Origin: Thermoanaerobaculia bacterium
GTDB taxonomy: Bacteria > Acidobacteriota > Thermoanaerobaculia > Multivoradales > UBA5704
NCBI GenBank assembly: GCA_036277075.1
Contig: DASUNQ010000027.1
Coordinates: forward strand, 701-64,700
DNA: 64,000 nucleotides
Direction of reading: 5' to 3'
The notes under the pieces: model-generated
Databases searched by the model: none
Told to the model about the DNA's origin: nothing
What the model saw: only the letters and a program-made list of their open reading frames with translations
Position numbers and translations under genes: made by a program
Part shown: in pieces, positions 9,508 to 20,100 of the stretch
Layout: each line of letters opens with the position of its first letter
How positions within the stretch are numbered: position 1 is the stretch's first letter

Positions 9508-12500
9508 TCAGTTGGGTGGGAATGGCGACGAGGCGTGGCCGACGACTTGGAAGGGGGCCCAGACGAGGACCAGCTCGGCCTTGGTACCCTGCTTGCGGAT
9601 CACCTCGAGCTGCGCCTCCCGCAGGGCGCGGGCGGCGTCCTCCCCGGCCGCGAGGTGCTCGTGGAACGACACCAGCAGATCGGCGGAGGAGGAGTCGCTG
9701 ACGTTCCAGAGCGTGCCGACGACCGCCGGCACGCCGCCGGCGAGGAACGGCCGCACCAGCGGCGCGAGGCCCGACGATCCGATCGACCGGCCGCCGGCCG
9801 AGCTGCAGGCCGAGAGCACGACGAGGCGCGTCTTCCGCAGCTCCAGCCGGCTCAGCAGCTCTTCGGCGGTGAGCGCTCCCGAATGGGTCGCCGACCTCGC
9901 GAGCAGGAGGACCGACCGCGAGGGGGCGTCGTCGTTGGCGACGGCGTGGCCGGCGAAGTGGACGACGGTCTTGGCCGCCGCGCGGCGGAGGAAGCTGTCC
10001 ACCGTCGCCTGCTCCGGCGCGAGCCTCTCGGCCAGCGGCCCGTAAAAGCGCTTGATCGCGGCGACCTCGTGGCCGGCCCACTCCAGCGGCTCGAGGTCGC
10101 GCGCGACCTCCAGCTCCTTGTCGAAGACCGGATCGCCTACGAGCAGCGCGCTGGCGGGCTCGCCGCGGAGCTCGCGGTCGCGCAGCAGCGAGAAGACGTA
10201 GAGCGTCGCGCTGGGCGCCACTTCGATCGGGAAGTCTTCGACCAAGTGCCGCTTCGCCCGTCGGTCGCGTAGCGCCGCGAGCGGCAGACCGTGGAGCGCT
10301 CGGTCCGGGACGAAGACGAGCCGCTCGATCTGCGAGCGGTCGAGCCGGGCGAGCGGGGCTGCGAGAAGGGCGGCGAAAGCCCGCTCGAGAACCTCGACGA
10401 CGCTCTCGGTGTCGCCCGTCTCCCTCGCGGCGCGCAGGTCCTCGACCCACTCCGCGATGGTCCGGTGATCGATCTTCGGGCGCAGCGACTCGAACTGCTC
10501 GCGCCCGACGATCCAGATCACGAGCTGCGGCTCCTCCCCCTTCTCGTCGAGGAAGTAGAAGTCGAGAAGGAAGGTCCCGGCCGGGAGCTGCGCCTGGACC
10601 TCGGCGAGCCCGAGCGGCTCGCGCTGCGCGATCAACCGCTCGAATCTTCTGGGCGCCGAGCGGAGCCGCAAGACGAGGTCCAGCGGCTCCAATGCGCGCG
10701 CGCGCTCGGCATAGGCGAAAGCTTCGGCATCCCGCTCCTGATCCATCAGCAGCCGGACGAGTTGCTGATGTGCCTCGCCGAAGCGAGAGAAATAAGGCCC
10801 CCAGCGCTCCTCGCTCTCCCCCGGCCGTCGGAGGTCCAGGACCCTCTCTTCCTCGGCAGCGATCTCCTCCAGGCCCGCCTTGAGGGCCTCCTCCGCGCCG
10901 GCCGGATCGCGCCTGTTCCGGTGGGCGCGCGCCAGTTGGAAGTGGAGGCTGGCGCGATAGGTCCTGAACTGCTCCGGCGGGTAGAGATCGATGGCATCAC
11001 GCAAGAGCTCGATCGCCGCCTGCGGATCGCTCGCGAGTAGGGTCCTCGCCTCCGCCTCCTTGGCCCGTGCCAGCAACGCGTCTCTCACACCTTCGTCCAC
11101 GGCCTTGTCCAAATACAGATTCGCCTCTTGCACGTCCGCTTGCGCCGCCTCGTGGCGATCGAGAAAGGCCAGGAGCAACCCGCGCCCCCGCAACGCGATC
11201 CCGAGGTTTTGGCGCAGCCCGGCCGCCAGCTGGTCGTCCGGCGGCAGCGGCGCTAGGTCCTCCCGCAGGCGGTCGATCGATTCGGTCTGCATCAGGAGGG
11301 CGGTCTGCGGCTCATCGAGGGCGAGGGCCGCCAAGGCGGCTTCGCCCAGGATGTAATGCTGGCGCTCCGTCTCGACGACGGAGCGGAGGTCGCGGAGCGT
11401 CTGCCAGGCCTGCCGCCACGCGAGCTCCCGATCCCCCAGCTCGCGGGCGGCTCCCGCCAAGCGCGCGCGGACGTTGGCCACGCCCTCGGGGTCGCGGACC
11501 CGCCGGTACGCTGCGAGGGCCTCTTCGTAGACTTCGAGGGCCTCGGGGAAAAGGCCCTTCGCCACCAGGCAGAGCCCGCGCGACCAGAGGACCTTCCCCA
11601 GCAACGACCCGGAGCCGGAGCGCCGCGCCGTCGCCTCGAGCGGCTCGAGCATGGCCAAGACTCGCGGGCAGTGCGCCGGCAAACGGCGGTAGAGAGCGGC
11701 GGCGGCGCCGATCTCCGCGCTGGTGCGCAGCGGGCTGCCCGCCGCCGCCAGCTCCGCGCCGGCTTGCCGATATCGCTCCTCTTCGTCCGGCGCGGTGATC
11801 TCTCGTGAGAGCTGCCGGGCCTCGCCGAACAGCGCGTGGCCTCTGGCGAGCGCGCGCAGCGTCGCGGCGTCGCGCCGCCGGTCGGCGTCGGCGACGACCG
11901 CGACCACGTCGCGGAGGTAGCGGTCGCCGGTCGCGCGCGCGACCGCGCCGGCGATCGCCTGCGCTTCGACCAGACGCGGCGTCGCCCGCGGGTCGCCGGC
12001 TTCCGTCATCCGCGCCCAGGCCGGCAGCACCTGCTCTTCGACCCAGCGTTGCGCCGCTCCGGGGAAGGGCGCGACGAGCTGGGCGACGGCCTCGCGATCG
12101 CCCAGTCGGACCGCTTCGGGGAGGCGCAGCCGGTTGAGCGGCCAGACGGTCGCGGCGGTACGCAGTTCCTGGCGCTCGAGCCGGTCGCGGCGGCTCCTCC
12201 CCGCGGCGGCCCACCGCGGATCGTCGGGGCGGCCGAGGTAGATCGCCCACGTCCGGGCGGCTTGCCACGGCAGCTGGAGGAGCTCCTCCGCGAGTGCCAG
12301 GTTGAACAGCGCCTCGGGAGGCGGATCGGGCGCCGCGACGGCCGTGCGGGCCACGCTGAGCGCGCGCAGCAGGTCCGACGGGCGGTCCTGCCGCCGCGCC
12401 CGCACCATGAAAGCGGCGGCGAGGTCGCTCCAGACGCGCGGGTCGGGTGCCGGCTGATGGGCCAGCGCGGTCAAGGTCGTGATCGCCCCGTCCAGGTTCG

Positions 12501-12822
12501 ATTGCCGCACCACCTGCTCCAGCGCCTCGAGGTGTTGCCTTCCGGTCTCATCGCACGCCTCCGAGGACCTAGACACCGGCGGCGGCGGATTGTGGGAAGG
12601 CGGACAGGCCACCTCGCCGAGGAGCCGTTTGCCGCCTGGCCACTCCTCGCATCGCTCCCAGGCGAACCCGCCGGAAAGGCGCGGCTCGACCCAACGCCTC
12701 TCGGCGAGCTCGCCCAGCCCTTCCTCGAGACAGTGCGTCCGGCGATCGGGCTCCGCACCACACCCGGCGAGCACGGCAAGGCAACCGATCGCAGCGAGAC
12801 CCTGCGGAAAAAGATTCGGCAT
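9508..12822 (-). CDS. TPR-repeat lipoprotein with C-terminal CHAT (caspase-like) protease domain, 1104 aa
   Basis: Lipobox LAVLAGC near the N-terminus. Long helical-repeat (TPR-like) middle region. C-terminal CHAT signature with catalytic His (VVHFAGHAV) and Cys (LVVLSACSSAGG). Confidence 0.8.
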   Translation of the reverse strand: MPNLFPQGLAAIGCLAVLAGCGAEPDRRTHCLEEGLGELAERRWVEPRLSGGFAWERCEEWPGGKRLLGEVACPPSHNPPPPVSRSSEACDETGRQHLEALEQVVRQSNLDGAITTLTALAHQPAPDPRVWSDLAAAFMVRARRQDRPSDLLRALSVARTAVAAPDPPPEALFNLALAEELLQLPWQAARTWAIYLGRPDDPRWAAAGRSRRDRLERQELRTAATVWPLNRLRLPEAVRLGDREAVAQLVAPFPGAAQRWVEEQVLPAWARMTEAGDPRATPRLVEAQAIAGAVARATGDRYLRDVVAVVADADRRRDAATLRALARGHALFGEARQLSREITAPDEEERYRQAGAELAAAGSPLRTSAEIGAAAALYRRLPAHCPRVLAMLEPLEATARRSGSGSLLGKVLWSRGLCLVAKGLFPEALEVYEEALAAYRRVRDPEGVANVRARLAGAARELGDRELAWRQAWQTLRDLRSVVETERQHYILGEAALAALALDEPQTALLMQTESIDRLREDLAPLPPDDQLAAGLRQNLGIALRGRGLLLAFLDRHEAAQADVQEANLYLDKAVDEGVRDALLARAKEAEARTLLASDPQAAIELLRDAIDLYPPEQFRTYRASLHFQLARAHRNRRDPAGAEEALKAGLEEIAAEEERVLDLRRPGESEERWGPYFSRFGEAHQQLVRLLMDQERDAEAFAYAERARALEPLDLVLRLRSAPRRFERLIAQREPLGLAEVQAQLPAGTFLLDFYFLDEKGEEPQLVIWIVGREQFESLRPKIDHRTIAEWVEDLRAARETGDTESVVEVLERAFAALLAAPLARLDRSQIERLVFVPDRALHGLPLAALRDRRAKRHLVEDFPIEVAPSATLYVFSLLRDRELRGEPASALLVGDPVFDKELEVARDLEPLEWAGHEVAAIKRFYGPLAERLAPEQATVDSFLRRAAAKTVVHFAGHAVANDDAPSRSVLLLARSATHSGALTAEELLSRLELRKTRLVVLSACSSAGGRSIGSSGLAPLVRPFLAGGVPAVVGTLWNVSDSSSADLLVSFHEHLAAGEDAARALREAQLEVIRKQGTKAELVLVWAPFQVVGHASSPFPPN

Positions 12823-12857
12823 AAGCCCTCCACGGACTCTCGCCCGCGTGCTCTAAA

Positions 12858-13466
12858 ATGGTGCCGGTGAGTCGGCAAGTGAACGACGACTGGTTCGCGG
12901 ATCTCTACCAGCGTTTTTACAGCTCTATTTTCGCCTACTTCGTGCGCATCGGTTTTCCGCGCGAGGACGCGAGGGACCTCGCACAAGAGACATTCTTGCG
13001 TGTCTATCGCGGTATGGAGCGTTATGAAGGCCGCGGCGACTTCGCCTTTCTGAAAAAGACCGCGGTCCGCGTCGGCATCAATGCGATTCGCGACAAGAGG
13101 ACGGCGAAGCGGCAGGCCGTCGTCGTCCCGCTCGACGAGCTGCCGCACATCGCCGCCGGCGCCGAGAACCCGGCCGGCGAACCACAGCCGACGCCCGAGG
13201 CCGATGCCGCGCTGCACGAGGAGACGGTCGCGCGCCGAAGCTGGCTGAAACAGGCGATCGCCGCGCTGCCGCCCGCACAACGCGATTGCCTGCTGCTCCG
13301 GCTCGGCGGGCTCAAGTACCGTGAGGTCGCGCGCGCGATGGGCGTCCCGATCGATACAGTGAAGTCGCGTCTCCACGAGGCGCGCAGGACGCTGAGCGAG
13401 GGGTACCGCGCGGGTGCCGGAGGGCTCGAGTTGCCGCCGGAGCTCGAGGACGACGACCATGATTAG
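12858..13466 (+). CDS. ECF (sigma-70 family group IV) RNA polymerase sigma factor, 202 aa
   Basis: Region 2 motif (DLAQETFLRVYR) and region 4 motif (QRDCLLLRLGGLKYREVARAMGVPIDTVKSRLHEARRTL). It overlaps the next gene by 8 bp (ATGATTAG). Confidence 0.85.
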   Translation: MVPVSRQVNDDWFADLYQRFYSSIFAYFVRIGFPREDARDLAQETFLRVYRGMERYEGRGDFAFLKKTAVRVGINAIRDKRTAKRQAVVVPLDELPHIAAGAENPAGEPQPTPEADAALHEETVARRSWLKQAIAALPPAQRDCLLLRLGGLKYREVARAMGVPIDTVKSRLHEARRTLSEGYRAGAGGLELPPELEDDDHD

Positions 13467-14217
13467 GAAGAGCGACTGGGCCGCCGTGTACCGCGAGCTC
13501 CTCGCCGACGGCCGGCAGAGGCTCGGAGAGGCGCCGACGGCCGAGGAGCTCGTGGCCTACGCGCACGGCGAGCTCCCGCCGGCCGGGGCCGGTCGCGTGC
13601 AGGAGTACCTCGCTCTTCATCCCGAGCTGGCGCGCGCTCTCGCCGAGCCGGTGTCGGAGTCGGATCGAGCGGAGCCCGGCGCCCCCGGCTTCCTGTCCGC
13701 CGAGGAGATCGCGAGCGACTGGACCGCCCTCCAGGCGCGGCTCGAGCCGGCGCGTCCGCGCCGGGACCGCCTCTGGCGTCCCCTCGCCCTGGCGGCCTCG
13801 CTCCTCGCCGTCGTCTCCGGCGGGCTGTACGTGCAGTCGCAGCGCGAAGTGCGGGAGCTGCGGGAGCCGCGCGCGAACCCCGAGCAGCGCCTGCTGCTGC
13901 CCGACGGGGGCCGCGGCGCCGCGGGGCCCGACATCCTGCTGCCGCCGGCGGCCGATCACTTCCTCCTCACGCCGGTGCTCGTCGGACACCCGGACTTCGC
14001 CGACTACCGGCTCAAGATCATCGACGTCAGCGGTCGGGAGCCGCGCGTGATCTGGGACCGGACGGGGCTCCGGCGCCTCAGCAACGACACCTTCGAGCTC
14101 TGGGTGCCGCGCGCTTTCCTCTCGTCCGAGGAGTACCGGCTCGAGCTCTACGGCATCGACGAGAGCCGCAAGGAAACGCTGCTCGCCAAGTACACCCTGC
14201 GCCTACCGCCGGCCTAG
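13459..14217 (+). CDS. Putative anti-sigma factor (single-pass membrane), about 252 aa
   Basis: It immediately follows the ECF sigma gene with an ATGATTAG overlap. The N-terminal domain carries an anti-sigma-like H-x3 motif region (ELVAYAHGELPPAGAGRVQEYLALHPEL). There is one TM helix (WRPLALAASLLAVVSGGLYV). Confidence 0.65.
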   Translation: MIRKSDWAAVYRELLADGRQRLGEAPTAEELVAYAHGELPPAGAGRVQEYLALHPELARALAEPVSESDRAEPGAPGFLSAEEIASDWTALQARLEPARPRRDRLWRPLALAASLLAVVSGGLYVQSQREVRELREPRANPEQRLLLPDGGRGAAGPDILLPPAADHFLLTPVLVGHPDFADYRLKIIDVSGREPRVIWDRTGLRRLSNDTFELWVPRAFLSSEEYRLELYGIDESRKETLLAKYTLRLPPA

Positions 14218-14774
14218 TCGCGCACCTGCCGATCGTAGGCGTCGAGCAGAGGCCCCAACCGGCGCGCGTCGGACTGCCCGGGCGGGATCGTCCGCTCGAC
14301 GAACAGGCGGAAGAACTCGACCGCCTTCCGCTGGTGGCCGGCGGAAGAGCCCGGCGTCGCGGGCTCCGACCGATCCAGCACGGCGCTCGCGTAGGCCAGC
14401 GAGAAATCGCGCAGGTCGAATGCCGCCCCGGCCTGCTGTTGCAACCGCGCCTCGCGCACTACGAAGTCTCTGATCTCGGCCAGGTGCCAGAAGACGAGGC
14501 CCTCGTCGTTGGCCGCCGCGAGCGCCTGCAGACCCTCCACCCGCTGCTGCAGCGTCGAGCGGTCGTTTTCCAATTGGCGGGTTACGGCGCGAAACTGCTG
14601 CACCCGCTCGCGGTGCGCCTGCAGCTCGCTCTCCTTCTCGAACACCGGCTTCACGCTGTGGACGTACGCATAGAAACCGAAGGCGAGCGCCGCGATGGTG
14701 GCGGCCCTTTGGAAGATCTCGATCCAGGAATCCTCGCCGAGGAAGGTGCGCCGGAAGGGCTCTCGCGTCGCCAT
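14214..14774 (-). CDS. Hypothetical membrane-anchored coiled-coil protein, about 186 aa
   Basis: ORF 14214..14876 trimmed to the internal ATG (MATREPFRR) so that it does not overlap the divergent caspase gene. It has a TM helix (AATIAALAFGFYAYV) followed by a coiled-coil-like region. It is convergent with the anti-sigma gene. Confidence 0.45.
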   Translation of the reverse strand: MATREPFRRTFLGEDSWIEIFQRAATIAALAFGFYAYVHSVKPVFEKESELQAHRERVQQFRAVTRQLENDRSTLQQRVEGLQALAAANDEGLVFWHLAEIRDFVVREARLQQQAGAAFDLRDFSLAYASAVLDRSEPATPGSSAGHQRKAVEFFRLFVERTIPPGQSDARRLGPLLDAYDRQVRD

Positions 14775-14865
14775 TCTTGCGCTTATAAGAACACGGGAAC
14801 CGGAGCTCTGTTGGTCCTCCCCGGCGCTTTGACCCCGTCCGCCTCCGGGCGTGTCTTTCTTCCGC

Positions 14866-17199
14866 ATGAGGATCAACAGCCGGCGGAAGCTGTGCGTCTT
14901 GGTCGCCGCCTTGGGTCTCTTCGTGTGCGGTCGCGGCGACTGGACCCTGACCGCGGCCGTCGTGAGCCCGCGGCGCCACGCATTCCTGGTCGGAATCGAC
15001 GACTACGAGGGGCCTCCCGGGAACCGCCTCAAGGGCGCGGCGGACCGCGGCTGGCGCAATCTCGACGGCGCCGTCAACGACGTGCGCCTGCTGCGCGAGA
15101 TGCTCGTCGCCCGCTACGGCTTCGCGGCGCGCGAGGTCGCGACCCTGACCGACCGCGCCGCCACGCGGGCGGCGATCCTGCGCGGGATCGAAACGCACCT
15201 CGTGCGGCAGGCCGGCCCCGGCGACGTCGTGCTCTTCTACTTCTCGGGTCACGGCTCGCAGGTGCGCAACTCCCGCTCCGACGAGCCGGACGGCCGGGAC
15301 GAGACGCTGGTGCCGGCCGACTCCCTCGCCGGCGCGCCCGACATCCGGGACAAGGAGCTGCGGCGGCTGTTCAACCGCATCCTCGACCGGGGTGCCCGCC
15401 TGACGGTCGTCGTCGACGCTTGTCACAGCGGTTCGGTCGCGCGCGGCCTGCCCAGCGGCGCGCTCTCCCGGGGCATCGACCTGGACCCGCGGGACGTCGC
15501 GGACGGCTCTCCGCACGGCCCGCGGCCGGAGGAGCGCGGGGCGCTCGTCCTCGCGGCGGTCCAGGACTTCGACCGCGCCTGGGAGAGCTGGGACGAAGCC
15601 GGTGAGCCGCACGGCGCGTTCTCGCTCGCCCTGGTGCGGGCGATGCGGGACGCCCTCCCGGGGGAACCGGCGGAGGAGACCTTCCTGCGCGCGCGCGCCC
15701 GCCTCCAGGCCGCGCGCCGCTTCCAGGAGCCCGTCCTGACCGGCAATCCGGCGGCGCGGCTCGCTCCCTTGCTGGGTTCGCGCCCGGCGGCGCGGAAAGA
15801 CCGTGCCGTGGTCGCCGTCGAGCGCGTCGAGCACAGCGGGACGGTGGTCCTCCAGGGGGGCTGGGCGCACGGGCTGGCGGTCGGCAGCCAGTTGCGGGTC
15901 AGCGTACCGGGGCAGGGCGAAGGGGTGCGGCTCGTCGTCACCGCGATGAAGGGGCTCGGCCGCTGCGAAGCCCGCGTCGCGCCGTCGCCGTCGCGGCGCG
16001 CGGCGCCGGCGGCCCCCCTGGCCGGGGCGCTGGCGGAAGTCGTCGGCTGGGAGGTGCCGCCGATGCCGCCTCTCCGCGTCTGGATGCCGCGCGCCGAGGG
16101 GGGCGCCTTCGACGCGGCCGTCCGTCTGGCCGGCGAGCTCGCCGCCGCGGCGCCGCGCCGCCGCATCGGCTGGGTGAGCGACCCGACCGAGGTAACGCCG
16201 ACGCACCTCCTCCGCTGGCGCGCCGAAGGCTGGGAGCTTCTCGCGCCGCGAGAGCTGCCGGCAAGTCTCGGCCCGGCGGCCGACGCGGCCGCGGTGCTGG
16301 CGCGCATCGACGCTCCCCGCTCCGCTCTCTTCGTGCAGCTGCCGGCGCCGGCGGACCTGCCGCTCGAGGTCGGCCCGGGCACGGGCCAGGAGGGTGTGAC
16401 GCCGGCGGCGGAGCCCGAGCAGGCCGACTACGCCCTGGTCGGCCGGCTCGCCGGTCGCGCGGTGGAGTACGCCTGGGTGCGTCCCGAAGTCGGGGCCGCC
16501 GACCGGCGGCGGAGCGGGCTGCCGTTGCGCAGCGACTGGGTCGAGCTCGCGCCCCGGCGCTCGGCCGAGGCGGTCCTCGATCTCGCCCGGGCGGTGCTGC
16601 GGCTGCGCCGGGTCCAAGGGTGGTATCGCCTCGAGTCGCCGGTGACGGAGGCCTTCGCGTACCGCTTGGCGCTGGCCCGGCCCGACGACCTGCGCGAGGT
16701 GAGCGACGGCGTGCTGCGCGGCGGCGAGAGGCTCGGCCTCGCCTTGCGCTTGCGGGCGCCGCAGCCGGGCGCGGTGCGCCCCCGCTACGTCTACGCCTTC
16801 ATGATCGACAGCCACGGCCGGAGCGTCTTGCTCTTCCCCGCCACAGGACCGCTCGAGAACCGCTTCCCGACGCACCGACCGGGAGCAGCCTCCGAGCCGC
16901 CCGCCACGATCCCGCTGGGATCGCCGGACCTCTTCACGGTGAGCGAGCCGTTCGGCGTGGACACCTATTTCCTTTTGACTAGTGAAGAGCAGCTCCCGTA
17001 CCCGTGGGTGCTCGAATGGGAGGGGGCGCGAACGCGGGAGCCGCGCCCGCTGTCGCCGCTCGAGGAGCTGGTGTTCGCCACCAGCGGGGTCGCCCGCTCG
17101 GCCGCGGTGCAGGTGCCGTCGAGCTGGTCGCTTGAGCGCAGGGTCTTCGAATCGGTGCCCGCAGAGGCGGGCGGCAGGGGAGGGCGAAGCGGTGCGTAG
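14866..17199 (+). CDS. Caspase-family (peptidase C14) lipoprotein with large C-terminal extension, about 777 aa
   Basis: Signal/lipobox (LGLFVCG). The caspase p20 catalytic dyad is in canonical context: His in VVLFYFSGHGSQV and Cys in TVVVDACHSGS. It is preceded by HAFLVGIDDY, the typical start of the caspase core. Confidence 0.8.
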   Translation: MRINSRRKLCVLVAALGLFVCGRGDWTLTAAVVSPRRHAFLVGIDDYEGPPGNRLKGAADRGWRNLDGAVNDVRLLREMLVARYGFAAREVATLTDRAATRAAILRGIETHLVRQAGPGDVVLFYFSGHGSQVRNSRSDEPDGRDETLVPADSLAGAPDIRDKELRRLFNRILDRGARLTVVVDACHSGSVARGLPSGALSRGIDLDPRDVADGSPHGPRPEERGALVLAAVQDFDRAWESWDEAGEPHGAFSLALVRAMRDALPGEPAEETFLRARARLQAARRFQEPVLTGNPAARLAPLLGSRPAARKDRAVVAVERVEHSGTVVLQGGWAHGLAVGSQLRVSVPGQGEGVRLVVTAMKGLGRCEARVAPSPSRRAAPAAPLAGALAEVVGWEVPPMPPLRVWMPRAEGGAFDAAVRLAGELAAAAPRRRIGWVSDPTEVTPTHLLRWRAEGWELLAPRELPASLGPAADAAAVLARIDAPRSALFVQLPAPADLPLEVGPGTGQEGVTPAAEPEQADYALVGRLAGRAVEYAWVRPEVGAADRRRSGLPLRSDWVELAPRRSAEAVLDLARAVLRLRRVQGWYRLESPVTEAFAYRLALARPDDLREVSDGVLRGGERLGLALRLRAPQPGAVRPRYVYAFMIDSHGRSVLLFPATGPLENRFPTHRPGAASEPPATIPLGSPDLFTVSEPFGVDTYFLLTSEEQLPYPWVLEWEGARTREPRPLSPLEELVFATSGVARSAAVQVPSSWSLERRVFESVPAEAGGRGGRSGA

Positions 17200-20100
17200 A
17201 GGCGGGCGCGCGATCGGCGCGCTCCTTCTGGCCGGCGCGCTGCTGGCCGGCGGCCCACTGTACGCCGAGGAGACGCGTCCGCTCGAGCCCGACCGCGCCG
17301 AGACCCTGGTCGACGCGGCCGCCGCACACATCGCCGGCGGACGGATGGCCGAGGCGGAGGCCGCCCTCGGCGAGGCGCTGCCCCTCTTCCAGGCCCGGCA
17401 GGACCGGCGCGGCGAGGCGTTCTGCCGTCTCCTGCAGGGGCTGGCCGATACCGCCGCCGGGCGGGACGCCGCCGCCGTCGCCAGCTTCGAGCAGAGCCTG
17501 CCGGTGCTCGAGGAGAGCGGCGAGCTCATGACCGCGTGGCTCGTGTACGTGGCGCTCGCCGAGGTGGAGAAACGCAACGGACATACCGAGAAGGCGATCG
17601 CGCACTACGAGCGCGCTCTCGCCGTGGTCGGCAATATCGAGGACCCCTCAACCAAGCTGTCGGTTCAGGGATTCGCGCGGCTGGGCAAGGCGTTCGGCGT
17701 GCCGGGGATCGACCTGGGGCAGCTCGAGCTCGTCGTCACCATCGCGCGGTCGATCTGGGCGCGCTTCGCCGAAGCGGCCGCCCGCGACGGCTACGCCGGC
17801 GTCCTGATCGAAGGGTACGAGTTGGAGCGGGCGGAGGCCGAGCTGGCGCGATCGACGGAGCTGTCCCGTCTCTTCGGCGGGCTCCTGGACGGCTCCATCG
17901 CCGCCCGCCGCGGCGACCTGCGCAGGTACCAGTGGAGGCTCGACGAAGCGCGGCAGGAATACGAGACCGCTCTCGCCGCGGCGCAGCAGCCCTTGCCTCT
18001 GCCCTTCCCGCGTAGTGAACAGGAGGTCGTGAGCCTGCTCGGCCGGCTCGCCGAGATCGAGCTGTTGAGCGGCCGCCTCGAGCAGGCGCTGGCGTGGAAC
18101 GACAAGGCGCTCGCGCTGGTCCGCGGCAAGGACCGGAAGCGCGAGGCGTCCGTGCTCGACGACCGCGCCGAGCTCTTCCGCCGCAGCGGCAGACTGGGCG
18201 AGGCCGAGGCGCTGTTCAACGAGACCCTCGCGATCGCCACGGAGACGAACGACCTCCTGGGGCAGGTCACGGCCCTCTCCGATCTCGGCACCGTCGCCAT
18301 GCTTCGCGGGGCTTACAAGGAGGCGGCGGTGCACCTCGAGAAGGCTGCCTCGCTCGGCAAAAGCCTCGACGAGCCGCTCATTGAAGCGGGAGTCTTGATC
18401 ACCTTGTCCGAGGTCTACCTGCTCCTCGAGGCGCCGGGCAGCGCCCGCGCGACGATCGAGGGCGCGCAACACCAGGCGAAGCAGAGCGAGTTCCCCCTCG
18501 CCACCGCCCTGAGCGAGGCGGTCGCGGCGCTGGAGCGGTTCCTTTCGGGGAAAGGGTCGGCGGTCGAGCTGCTGGAGCTCTACGACTCGTTCTGGCGCTT
18601 GCCGGAGGCCGGCACGTTGATGATCGATCCCGCCTTGCGAGCGCTCTTCCTCGCGGTCGTGCGCTTGGAGACCACGGGCGACGTCGCCGACCCCGGATTG
18701 GTCGCCGCCCTCGCCGCCTCGAAGGGGCCGCAGCCTTTTCCCTACGCCTCGATCATGGCGCTGTTCCTGCGCGGCCGTCTGCACGCACTGGCCGGGGAGT
18801 GGCAGGAGGCGCGCGATCTCTGGGCGCGCGCGCTCGACGAGGCGCGACGGGTCGAGCAGAAAGATTACGCCGCCATGCTCTCGGCCGGGGTCGCCCTCAT
18901 CTACTGGAAGCAGGGACAACCGCAGCCCGCGATCGAACAGCTCTCCCGCGCGGTCGCGCTGTTGGAGGAGCAGAGCAAGGGGCTGCAGGTGGAGGAGCTG
19001 CTCAGCGCCTACCTCGGCAGCCAGCGCCGGTGGTTCTACGAGCTCCTGGTCGAGATGCTCGTGCAGCAGGGGCGCACGGCCGAGGCGTTCGACTACGCGG
19101 AGCGGGCCCGCGCCCGCGCCTTGCTGCAGCTCCTCGGGAATCGGCGTCTCAAGCCGGCGGGGGGGGCCGACGCGCAGCTCGTGGCGGAGGCCGAGGCGCT
19201 GCGCATGGCTATCGCAGACTGGGAGCGGCAGGAGGTCGTCGCCGAGGGGCCGCAGCGGTTGGCGCTCGAGAACGACCTGCGGAACGCTCGCGACCGCTAC
19301 GCGCACCTGCTGGTGCGCCTCAAGGTCTCGAACCCGGCATACGCTGCCATCACCAGCGTGGAGCCGCTGACCGCTGTCGAGGTGCAGCGCGCCCTGCCGC
19401 CGGACACGGCGCTGATCAGCTATTTCGTGACGCGCTCCACCACGCACGCGTGGGTGGTCGACCGGGAAGCTTTCCACTACGTCGGGCTGCCCATCGGTGC
19501 CGCCGAGCTGCGCCAGGCCGGCGATGACTGGGCGAAGGAGCTCGGCGGCCGGAGCCGCGGCGCGACGCCTCACGGGGGCGCCGCCTTGAGCCCGCAACGC
19601 GCGGAGCATCTCTACCGGGCCCTCGTCGCGCCGCTCGTCCCACACCTCCGGCATCGCCGCCTGCTGCTCATTCCGCACGACGCGCTCCACTACATCCCTT
19701 TCGCCGCGCTGCGCGAGCCCGCGAGCGGGCGCTACCTGATCCAGGACTACACGCTGGCCTACGCCCCGAGCACCAGCGTGCTGCCCTTCCTGCGCGGGGA
19801 GCAAGCGCCGATTGCCGGACGGGCGCTGGTGCTGGGCGCGCCTGAGGCGCTCGATCCGCGCTGGGGGCGGCTGCCGGCCGCGCGCGAGGAGGCCAAGGCC
19901 GTGGCTCGGCTCTTCGGCGCGGTGCCGCTGCTGGACGCTGAGGCGCGGGAGAGCCGTCTCTACGACTTGCGCGGCGAAGTCGACCTCCTCCACATCGCCG
20001 CCCACGGGTTCTACGAGCGGGCGAGCCCGCTGTTCAGCCGCCTGGTCTTAGCACCGGGGGACGGCCACGACGGCAACCTCGAGGTGCACGAGATCTTCGC

